DNA from: Candidatus Poribacteria bacterium
GTDB lineage: Bacteria; Poribacteria; WGA-4E; PCPOR2b
Assembly: GCA_965204355.1 (NCBI GenBank)
Contig: OZ241983.1
Coordinates: 210,985-274,984 of the forward strand
DNA: 64,000 bases
Reading direction: 5' to 3'
A program made the position numbers and the translations under genes. Below the pieces are notes generated by a model. That model saw only the letters and a list, made by a program, of their open reading frames with translations, was not told the origin of the DNA and did not search any database. This document shows positions 36,139-44,429 of the stretch, one piece after another. Every line of letters begins with the position of its first letter. The first letter of the stretch is position 1.

Positions 36139-36918
36139 ATGGAAAGAGGGAAAAACCCATCTATGTTTGACCTCACCGGTCAGTGTGCGATTGTAACTGG
36201 CGCATCACGGGGCTTGGGTCGTCATTTCGCTTTAACACTGGCGCGATCGGGAGTACAGGTAGCCTTGGCTGCCCGTGGGATTAGCCGACTACAAGATGCT
36301 GTCGAGGAAATCGAAGAGTTTGGCGGTTGTGCGCTTGCAATCCAAGTTGATGTTACCGATGGCAAGAGCGTTGAAGCATGTGTCGCAACTGCGGAGAAGG
36401 AATTCGGACCAATTAATATCCTCGTCAATAATGCTGGTATTGCCGTAACTAAGTCGCTGCTTGAACACGTCGAGAAGGATTGGGACACGGTACTTGACAC
36501 GAATCTCAAGGGGGTTTGGCTGATGGCACAGGAGGTCACACGACGCATGATTCACTGTGAACAGGACGGGAGTATTATCAATATTGCGTCGGTGCTCGGG
36601 GAACGTGGGATTTCACAATTGCCGGGATACTGCGCTTCCAAGGGTGGTATCATCAACCTGACACGAGCAATGGCGGTTGAATTGGCGCCGCATGGGATAC
36701 GTGTGAATGCCATCGCTCCCGGTTATATTGAAACCGATATGAACCGTGAATTCTTTGCCACGCAGGCTGGGCAACGCCTGATTAAACGGATTCCCCAACG
36801 CCGACTGGGACAGACAGAAGACCTTGACGGGGTATTGCTATTGCTGGCTTCTCATGCGTCTCGCTATATGACCGGAAGTGTCATTACCATTGATGGTGGT
36901 CAATCAGCTTCCCTATAA
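36139..36918 (+). CDS. SDR family oxidoreductase
   Basis: TGASRGLG, NNAG, and S...YCASK catalytic motif. Confidence 0.85.
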   Translation: MERGKNPSMFDLTGQCAIVTGASRGLGRHFALTLARSGVQVALAARGISRLQDAVEEIEEFGGCALAIQVDVTDGKSVEACVATAEKEFGPINILVNNAGIAVTKSLLEHVEKDWDTVLDTNLKGVWLMAQEVTRRMIHCEQDGSIINIASVLGERGISQLPGYCASKGGIINLTRAMAVELAPHGIRVNAIAPGYIETDMNREFFATQAGQRLIKRIPQRRLGQTEDLDGVLLLLASHASRYMTGSVITIDGGQSASL

Positions 36919-37026
36919 TCGCCTATAATCACGTAAGTTGCTAGGGTGTGTTGACATTTGTGTCACGTCAGTTGCGAGTTGATAGCATTAGAGACCGGCG
37001 CAATAGTCGGGAATCGGAATTCCCTT

Positions 37027-37290
37027 CTACTTGGGTTTGGGTGATGACCGGCGCAATCTCGCGATAAGAATTACAAGAAGTGCAGCCGCATTACCGGCAA
37101 GGAGTGATCCCAGAACACCTGTCAACAGAACAAACACGCCAACCTGTACCACACCCTGCCCAAATGGGCACGACCAGTGTCCCTTGCCAAAAGCGAAGGC
37201 AGGAATTAGCGTTCCTAACAAAAATCCCGCCACGGCAGCAATAATTGTGATAGCTTGATACTTTTTTATCGGTAAATGAACCTCTTGCAT
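37027..37290 (-). CDS. small membrane protein, unknown function
   Basis: 87 aa, 2-3 hydrophobic segments, basic C-terminus. Confidence 0.4.
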   Translation of the reverse strand: MQEVHLPIKKYQAITIIAAVAGFLLGTLIPAFAFGKGHWSCPFGQGVVQVGVFVLLTGVLGSLLAGNAAALLVILIARLRRSSPKPK

Positions 37291-37324
37291 TCTAGTTTTC
37301 GCTTCCTTTTTCCAGTCTATACTT

Positions 37325-38044
37325 TTACGCTGACGATCTTGTGCGAGCTAGTGTCAGGACATCGACGCAGTCAGGGTTCGCAAACTGTAGCGCTTTGAGA
37401 GCTTCATTAATCGTTGTTCCTGTGGTAAAAATATCATCAATCAGTAAGATCTTCCGATTCTGAATTGAATCCGGCGACTGGACTTCAAAAGCACCGTCGA
37501 TACTTTTCATCCGTTCTTCATGGGAATTTAGGCTGCTTAGTGGGGCTGTGTCCCTGATACGGACAAGGATATCGGTACGGACGGGTACACGCCAAACTTT
37601 TGCGACACCTTGGGCAATTCGTTCGGCTTGGTTAAATCCCCGCTGACGGAAACGGTTCGCGTGAAGAGGAATTGGGATCAGGAAATCGTAGTCTGTGGCG
37701 GCGAAATCTTCAGGAAGGTACGCTTGCAGCAATTGAACTAGGTGTTTTGAGATGACCTGTTTTTTCTCATATTTCATCAGATGGATGGCTTCACGCAGGG
37801 TGGGTTCGTAAAAAGCGATCGCGCGGAGCTTCCTAAATAACGGGGGATTCTCACGGCAATCTGCACAAGTGGCGCTCCACCTTGGCAGCCCGCAGATCTG
37901 ACACCAAGGTGGCTTGAGAAATTCAATCTGTTCCCAACAGGCATCACAAAGGTAGTGCACCTGACCGATGCCCATTGGCGTCTCACAGCGTCGACATTTC
38001 GCAGGGAATACAAATGTGATCAAAGGTACCAACCATCTGTTCAT
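37325..38044 (-). CDS. ComF family protein (phosphoribosyltransferase domain)
   Basis: N-terminal Cys-pair zinc-finger-like region and a PRTase motif ILLIDDIFTTGTT. Confidence 0.8.
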   Translation of the reverse strand: MNRWLVPLITFVFPAKCRRCETPMGIGQVHYLCDACWEQIEFLKPPWCQICGLPRWSATCADCRENPPLFRKLRAIAFYEPTLREAIHLMKYEKKQVISKHLVQLLQAYLPEDFAATDYDFLIPIPLHANRFRQRGFNQAERIAQGVAKVWRVPVRTDILVRIRDTAPLSSLNSHEERMKSIDGAFEVQSPDSIQNRKILLIDDIFTTGTTINEALKALQFANPDCVDVLTLARTRSSA

Positions 38045-39498
38045 GTGTTCACTACGATCTCCAATTTTTTTATCTTCTGCAATAACGTTGTACGGCTGAT
38101 CCCCAAGAGTTTTGCTGATTTAGTCTGGTTATCTTCAAGTTCCTCAAGGCTGCACCTGATTAACGCACGGTCAACAGCATCAATAACTTCATCGTAGAGC
38201 GCGTCATGCGATTGTGTAACAGCGTCTCTGACGGTTTCCTTCAATACGGAGTCAAGGACCATTTCAAGGCGAGATTGGGTTAATTCTCGCCTTCCTTTGT
38301 AATTCAGAATCTCTGGTGGAAGATGTTCTGGTAGGATGATGTCTGCCCGTGAAATAACCGCTGCGCTTTTGACGGTATTCTCAAGTTCCCGCACATTTCC
38401 GGGCCAATCGTACTGCTGCAGAAGTTCTAAACATCTTGGTGAAACACCTCGGACGTTTTGCCCAAGTTCAAGACTGGCTGTCTGTAGAAAGTGATTGACC
38501 AACAGCGGGATATCTGCAGACCGTTCGCGTAAGGGCGGTAGATTAATTGAGAGGAGGTTGAAGCGATAGTAGAGATCTTCACGGAACTTACCCAATCGTA
38601 CCTCTTCAGCGAGATCCTGGTTTGTCGCAGCGATAATGCGCACGTCCACTTTAAGCGGACGGGTGCCACCCAATCTCTCTATTTCTTGTTCCTGCAAAGC
38701 CCGTTGTAGTTTTACCTGTAGCACCGGGCTCATATTACTGATCTCGTCCAGAAACAGCGTACCGCCATCTGCGAGTTCAAATCTGCCGGGTTTGCCTTTG
38801 GTATTTGCCCCTGTAAATGCGCCCGCTTCATAGCCAAAGAGTTCACTCTCAAGCAGGTCGTCGGGGAGTGCGCCACAGTTGACAGGGATGAAGGGGTTAT
38901 CCTTACGTGAACTGTTGGAATGAATTGACTGTGCAATTAACTCTTTTCCTGTTCCGCTTTCACCTTCTATCAGCACTGTAACGGTATTATTCGCTATCAT
39001 CCCGATTAGCTTATAAATCTCCTGCATCTGTGGACTTTTCCCGACCAAGCGCTGCTCTTGTGGCTGCGGCGGTAATTCAACTTCTGCCGAGGGGAGTTCG
39101 GTAGAAGGCATTTTACTGCGTTCTACTTGCATCTGTGTGGCACGCTCGATAATCCCTTTTACCTGATCTAGATCGATTGGTTTAGGGATAAAATCAAAGG
39201 CGTGCAGCTGCATGGCTTGGATGGTTGTCTCTACGCTGTCATACGCAGTCATCACTATTACAACCGCCTCTGGTTGAAGGCTTTTGATCTGCTGCAATGC
39301 CTCAAGCCCATTCATACCGGGCAGCCGTACATCGAGCAGAATGATATCAGGCGTTTCCAACTGAATCTTTCGTAAGCCTTCTTCGGCATTGTTGGCGATA
39401 ATCGGTTGGTGACCTTCATCTGTCAAAAATTGCTCGAAAGCCCAGCAAATTTTTTCATCGTCATCGATAACTAACACATTTTTCATGGCGAGTTTCAT
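38041..39498 (-). CDS. sigma-54-dependent response regulator (NtrC family)
   Basis: Receiver domain (DD...D..LPGMNG), AAA+ domain with GESGTGKE and the GAFTGA loop (EAGAFTGA), and a C-terminal Fis-type HTH. Confidence 0.9.
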   Translation of the reverse strand: MKLAMKNVLVIDDDEKICWAFEQFLTDEGHQPIIANNAEEGLRKIQLETPDIILLDVRLPGMNGLEALQQIKSLQPEAVVIVMTAYDSVETTIQAMQLHAFDFIPKPIDLDQVKGIIERATQMQVERSKMPSTELPSAEVELPPQPQEQRLVGKSPQMQEIYKLIGMIANNTVTVLIEGESGTGKELIAQSIHSNSSRKDNPFIPVNCGALPDDLLESELFGYEAGAFTGANTKGKPGRFELADGGTLFLDEISNMSPVLQVKLQRALQEQEIERLGGTRPLKVDVRIIAATNQDLAEEVRLGKFREDLYYRFNLLSINLPPLRERSADIPLLVNHFLQTASLELGQNVRGVSPRCLELLQQYDWPGNVRELENTVKSAAVISRADIILPEHLPPEILNYKGRRELTQSRLEMVLDSVLKETVRDAVTQSHDALYDEVIDAVDRALIRCSLEELEDNQTKSAKLLGISRTTLLQKIKKLEIVVNT

Positions 39499-39574
39499 CT
39501 TATCATCCCCTTACATAGCTTTCAATCAGAAAAGGCATTAGGGACTATGATTCTGTCTTGCCTAATTTGTTGTT

Positions 39575-42052
39575 TTATCGATTCTCTTTCTTCCGCATTT
39601 CTACTAATACGGATCCTGAATTCAGAAGATCCGAGTCGATTACTTCATGAGCATATCCCGCAGCCTCAACTACGATGCGATATCGGCGTGCATGGACTCC
39701 GTGGAAAACGACTTTTCCAGCTTGATCTGTTACCAGCGGAAAGGTGCTATCTAACGCGACCCTTGCGCCGGTGACCGGTTGCCGTGAAGTACGATCAACG
39801 ACTTGGACTTCAAGTTCTTTTTGAGGTAAGACTTCACCTATTGTATCGGAGTTGAGTCCCTCGTCAGCCAATTGAGCATTTTTCAAAAATTTCCACGTGC
39901 CCAAAAAGATCGCGTATGCCTCCTGTGCAATCAGTGCGGGAGCGTCTACGGATTCATGAAGATGCGCGTGATTGATAGAGCGGATTTCAAGCGCAAGTGC
40001 AATTTTGTTAGTTGAGCGAATCTCCGGCGATTCTTGATCTCCAAACGTTTCAATTGGGGTCTGAAAAAGTGCCGTGTTAAATCCCTCAAGTATCGCCTTA
40101 AGATAATTCTCCGCAATCTGGTTCCCCGGGTAGCCTGTAGCGATGACCGAGGGTTCGCCTTCAATCCAAGCACCGTGATCAATCCGAAGATAGTATCCGT
40201 CATGTTTAACAGCGTTGATGGTCTTGACCCTTTTCGAAACAGGGATTTTCTCATCTTTCTCTCGAACAAGATAAACACTTGCCCCGGAAAGCGTCAGCAT
40301 CTCCTTAAGTGCTTTGACTAGGGCGAGATTAATATCTGCGGGGGCAACAGAATTGATGACAGGTGTCCCTCGTTCTGAGCCGCCATGGCGTGCATCAAGG
40401 ACGAAGACGGTTCCGATTAATGTGCCATCCGCGATAGGGTATAACTGAGGATGGAGGACCTGTGCACTATTTGACGTTGCGTCGGTTTCCATCTGGAGAT
40501 TGTAGTAGCCAGCCTTTGAAACATTAAGGATTGCGTCCCCCGGCGAAACATCATTGAAAAAAAAGTGTCCATCTGGATTGGTCGTTGTGGTCATGTTTTT
40601 TTTTCTTACTAATTGCACGGCTGCATCCGCGATGGCGCTCCCGGAAACATTACGTACCCTGCCCTGGACAATCCCGCCGCGAATTTTCTCAAAACGGATG
40701 GCGATGACTTCCGATTTGTCTTTATATGTTACCTTTACCTGTGCGATACTCCGCCCTGATTGTGTTGCATCTGTGTGTAAGTAAAACCGTGCTTTTCCGT
40801 TCTTTGATGAGCGTTTAGTCTCAGCAAGTTGCCCGATCGATGTCCGTGCGTGGATTGGCTCGTCATCGGCGATAGGCAGACCTTCCTTGTCTAGAGCGGT
40901 GACGGTGATGCCGACATAGCTCGCACCATCGGGAGGAAGGGTTTGTGTCCATACCTGAAGTTTGAGTTCTGCAGCGGGTGGGGCAACTTGGAACCACTGA
41001 TTGCTAGGCAGGCTATGATTTCCGTAGTAATTGACAAGATTGGTTTCGACAAAATGTACGCCGTTGGAAAGTGGCTTTGGCGGGGTAACCACAATAAGAT
41101 CTTCAGAGCGGAAATATTGGTGGGGAACGACAACACCATCGAGTTTGACGCGGATATAATCGGAGAAAATCTGTTGTCGCTTGAGCATCCATGCGCCGCG
41201 CTCATGCAAGCCATCTGCCACACGAATCTGGATGCGGGGGGTCCTTGTTTCGATGGACGATTCTGGTGCTGGTGTTAGCAGGATACCCTTCGGAAATCCT
41301 GCCGCAACGTAACGCGCAATTCCAAGAAAATACCCGTAAGCCTCACGCTTATTGTATGACTCCTTTTTCAAACGCTGCTCTTCTTCGGGGTTGGAGTAAA
41401 ACGACGCTTCAACCAAAATGGCGGGGCGCTTCGTCTGACGTAGTACACCGAACCCCGAAGGGATTACCAATCGATCCGAATAAAGTCCTGTTGGGGGAGA
41501 TTGCGGTAGCTGCAGCGTATCAGTGACGCTCTGCTGCACGTAGCGAGCGAGGTCCAAGCTTACACGGGAATCATCTGCGTCTTGATGATACCATGTGGAG
41601 GTGTAATTGGTTTCGGGGTTGCTAAAAAAATTGTGGTGGAGAGAAAGAAAAAAATCAACAGCGTTCTTATTGGCGAGTTCACTTCGATCCGGGATGCTGA
41701 CGAAGGAATCATCGGTGCGCGTCATGAAGACAATTGCGCCTGCCTTCTCTAGGAATTCGCGCAGATATAGTGCCACTTGTAGGTTCACTTCTGCTTCACG
41801 AAGCCCGGTCGGTCCGCGCTTGTAGTTGAGCAGATGAGCCTGTCCGCCGTGTCCTGGATCTAGGCAGATTTTTATTCCCTCAAGGTGACGGGCGTACGGC
41901 GGAATCGCGAAATTGGCTTGGGGAGACGTGCGCCATTCGTTGAGTTCATCAAAATCATTGGAGATCTCGCGTTTTTCGTGTTTTTCGCCGCAACCAGTCA
42001 ATACGATTGATGCGATGCAGATGAGGGAGAGGAGAGGTTTCAGACGTATCAT
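39575..42052 (-). CDS. N-acetylmuramoyl-L-alanine amidase lipoprotein with two amidase-3 domains and two CarboxypepD_reg-like domains
   Basis: Lipobox LTGC. ICLDPGHGG and VFVLDARHGG amidase_3 starts. Two GxV..xxGxPxxxAxV...TDxxGxFxF-type beta-sandwich segments. Confidence 0.75.
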   Translation of the reverse strand: MIRLKPLLSLICIASIVLTGCGEKHEKREISNDFDELNEWRTSPQANFAIPPYARHLEGIKICLDPGHGGQAHLLNYKRGPTGLREAEVNLQVALYLREFLEKAGAIVFMTRTDDSFVSIPDRSELANKNAVDFFLSLHHNFFSNPETNYTSTWYHQDADDSRVSLDLARYVQQSVTDTLQLPQSPPTGLYSDRLVIPSGFGVLRQTKRPAILVEASFYSNPEEEQRLKKESYNKREAYGYFLGIARYVAAGFPKGILLTPAPESSIETRTPRIQIRVADGLHERGAWMLKRQQIFSDYIRVKLDGVVVPHQYFRSEDLIVVTPPKPLSNGVHFVETNLVNYYGNHSLPSNQWFQVAPPAAELKLQVWTQTLPPDGASYVGITVTALDKEGLPIADDEPIHARTSIGQLAETKRSSKNGKARFYLHTDATQSGRSIAQVKVTYKDKSEVIAIRFEKIRGGIVQGRVRNVSGSAIADAAVQLVRKKNMTTTTNPDGHFFFNDVSPGDAILNVSKAGYYNLQMETDATSNSAQVLHPQLYPIADGTLIGTVFVLDARHGGSERGTPVINSVAPADINLALVKALKEMLTLSGASVYLVREKDEKIPVSKRVKTINAVKHDGYYLRIDHGAWIEGEPSVIATGYPGNQIAENYLKAILEGFNTALFQTPIETFGDQESPEIRSTNKIALALEIRSINHAHLHESVDAPALIAQEAYAIFLGTWKFLKNAQLADEGLNSDTIGEVLPQKELEVQVVDRTSRQPVTGARVALDSTFPLVTDQAGKVVFHGVHARRYRIVVEAAGYAHEVIDSDLLNSGSVLVEMRKKENR

Positions 42053-42109
42053 TGTGTTGCAACCTCGCAGGGAAAGCGTGCCACCTCTCGAATCTCATGA
42101 ATCTATCGA

Positions 42110-42637
42110 CTAGGAATCTTCTTGTAGTTCTTTTTGGTAGAGTGCAGTTCCGTAAAACTCATAGGAAGCTGCGGTGTCTGGAACATCGACGACATGGACT
42201 GTGAACCGAGCGGGTACGCCGTTTTGTGGTAGATAGTCACGGAAAAAGTGGCTATACGCTTGAGCGTAGGCTTTGCGTAGTCGTTCCTGCTCTGCTGCAT
42301 AGCCTGCTGGATCAACAAGCGGATTTGGAGTCTTGGGTTGACAACCGAAGGCGTGCACTTCAATGAAATCTACGTCCTTTAGGGAGTCGCAAATACCTGC
42401 TTCTTTCAGCCAGGATTCCCAACTTTTGAATACCAGTGGAATTTCACGCTCTGGATCCATCGAGACTAGTTCATCGAGGTTCAGGACGCCTTTCGCCGAA
42501 TATCCTCCCGTTAGACCTGAAAAATAGATTTTCAAATCCCCATCTGGCAACGTTTCGGTGACCAAGGGAGACAGCACCGGATGATCACCTTGGTAATAAT
42601 AGGTCAATTTTCCACGTTTTTTGACATTAAATGCCAT
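42110..42637 (-). CDS. hypothetical protein (175 aa)
   Basis: Clean ORF. I recognise no family. Confidence 0.45.
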   Translation of the reverse strand: MAFNVKKRGKLTYYYQGDHPVLSPLVTETLPDGDLKIYFSGLTGGYSAKGVLNLDELVSMDPEREIPLVFKSWESWLKEAGICDSLKDVDFIEVHAFGCQPKTPNPLVDPAGYAAEQERLRKAYAQAYSHFFRDYLPQNGVPARFTVHVVDVPDTAASYEFYGTALYQKELQEDS

Positions 42638-42664
42638 CCTACTTTTCCTCCGCTAAACATAAAC

Positions 42665-42697
42665 ATCAAAAAAGCACCGAGGGGATGCGCTCGATGC
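42665..42697 (-). terminator. rho-independent terminator candidate
   Basis: Minus strand reads GCATCGAG-CGCATCCC-CTCGGTGC followed by TTTTTTGATG. Lies downstream of the 42780 stop. Confidence 0.55.
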
Positions 42698-42779
42698 TTG
42701 GGTATATGTAAGTCTAAAATGAGTCATTAATTTCAAACGGTTGGGTTGTTAGAAAGCCAAGTATGCCGTGTAGGCAGGA

Positions 42780-43058
42780 TTAGCGTTTCTCTATCATTCT
42801 TCCTATAAAGAAGATTAAGATTCCTAGCGCGAGAGAAGCAACCTCCGCCCCCATAGCAGCGCCTTCAGTGAGGCCGTAGGGATTGACGCACCCGACGTAT
42901 AATCCCGCTCCCAGAAGCGACATTCCTATCAATTCTAATACTTTACCGATGATAAACACTGCGAACTCCGTGCACTTGGGTCTTGAGGCATAAATATAGT
43001 GTTGCTGACTAATAGAGTTGTTTAATACGCCCCCATTGTATCGCTTTCTGGTTTGCAT
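42780..43058 (-). CDS. small membrane protein (start uncertain)
   Basis: Two hydrophobic segments. The annotated start overlaps the upstream gene end by 50 nt. Confidence 0.3.
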   Translation of the reverse strand: MQTRKRYNGGVLNNSISQQHYIYASRPKCTEFAVFIIGKVLELIGMSLLGAGLYVGCVNPYGLTEGAAMGAEVASLALGILIFFIGRMIEKR

Positions 43059-43713
43059 TCAGCTTTATGTTGGCTGTAAATATCAGGTCTGCAAGCGCAT
43101 CCTCCGGTTCGGTTTGCCCGGTTGGGCCCCAACGAAGTTTGTGGTTCAGGCGATCATCATCCACGTCGTAATAGTAAATACCAAAGCTGATAGCATCCTC
43201 TTTTCTCGGTGTTTGCATTAGGTCAAAGCTCAATTCTACGGACTGCCCTCCATTTCCCCAATGAACCAGCAGTCCTTGATTGGCAGCCCCTATGATGTCT
43301 TGCCCAACGGGCAGTGTGTAACGATATAGATCGCTCTGCTGACCTGAATGCTCTATATCCAGATAGATCTCTAGGCGATCTTGCATTGAGAGCTTTTCGT
43401 GGGCAGTTTCAATTTGATCGTCGGTCAATTCAATGGCGATGTAGAGGGAAGCATTGCGCCATACGGCAGCAAAAGTGCCTTTGAAGTCGCTAGATTCACC
43501 CCAGCGTCGGTCCTCTTTGACATCATGATCTAGAGCGGCCGATATAGCATCGTCCCATGCTGGATCGTCAAGAAAGCCATCAACCACTGGAGCAACTTCT
43601 ACCAGTTTTGCTCTATATCTGAACTCAGCACCTGTCTTAGGGTCTATAATACGTGCGAAGCTATGGCTGGCTGCAATCAGTATGATTAGTATGCAAAAGG
43701 ATAGTTTTTTCAC
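43009..43713 (-). CDS. secreted CBM9/DOMON-like carbohydrate-binding family protein
   Basis: Probable GTG start at 43713 gives the signal peptide VKKLSFCILIILIAASHSFA. VDGFLDDPAWDDA is typical of CBM9-like domains. The track start is 43803. Confidence 0.5.
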   Translation of the reverse strand: MKKLSFCILIILIAASHSFARIIDPKTGAEFRYRAKLVEVAPVVDGFLDDPAWDDAISAALDHDVKEDRRWGESSDFKGTFAAVWRNASLYIAIELTDDQIETAHEKLSMQDRLEIYLDIEHSGQQSDLYRYTLPVGQDIIGAANQGLLVHWGNGGQSVELSFDLMQTPRKEDAISFGIYYYDVDDDRLNHKLRWGPTGQTEPEDALADLIFTANIKLNANQKAIQWGRIKQLY

Positions 43714-44041
43714 GGTTTGAGTCGTCCATCTTGGAGAAAAGATTAAACGTTTAAGTTCAGGGGCGCTAATTGGTAGTATACTAACCGATATATCGGGTGT
43801 CAAGAAAAAAGCATTTCTTAGATTAGTGTATATGCGTGGTTATAATCTTCTGTAGGGTTGTAATTATTTTGGCTTGACTGTAGGCGGGCAGATCAATGCT
43901 CGGAAAAATCGGTTTTAGCTAATACTTGGTATAGGAACCAGTGGTGCTAGTTTAATTTATGGGTGATGAGTCGTTTTCCTAAATAGTATCGTTAATCGGG
44001 GTAATCAACCCAACTCGATTAACAGGAGGAAAGCGACACTC

Positions 44042-44419
44042 ATGACCACGATAGATTTTATCACAGACTTGTTCTGTTGTGTAGATGATAAACTGACCCA
44101 AACAGATAAAAATCAAAAGCATCCTCAAGCCAAACTGTATCCGTCTGAAGTGGTTACGCTTGCGTTGCTTTTTGCGCGCAAAGGCGTTGGCAATCGTGCG
44201 TTTTATCGGTGGGTTGTGAAGGGTGAGGTCAATGCAAATGTTACAGACACGGTTCCGATTGAAGGCGAGGTCGGCGTGCGTGGGGTGGTCTCGGTCAGTG
44301 TGGTTTCTGAACTCGCAGCGTCGTTAGACATTACGCCTGAGCAGTTGTACGTACGATTGCACACGGTGGGCATGGGGCTTGAAGCAGATGGGGTTGCGCC
44401 GGGGTTTGGGGGAGGCTAG
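44042..44419 (+). pseudogene. transposase N-terminal remnant
   Basis: The first ~60 aa (DLFCCVDDKL...HPQAKLYPSEVVTLALLFARKGVGNRAFYRW) resemble the N-terminus of IS4/IS5-type DDE transposases. The remainder is unrelated and no DDE domain is present. Confidence 0.4.
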
Positions 44420-44429
44420 TCTCAGTCAT

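Noticed and set aside
43804-44041. Searched the larger gene-free spacers (16040-17589, 43804-44041, 51235-51917, 55442-55987) for tRNA, tmRNA, RNase P or riboswitch-like structure
   Set aside because: No cloverleaf-compatible arms or conserved ncRNA boxes were recognised, and the spacers are accounted for by the dispersed repeat families. A covariance-model scan (Infernal/Rfam, tRNAscan-SE) would be needed to be certain.
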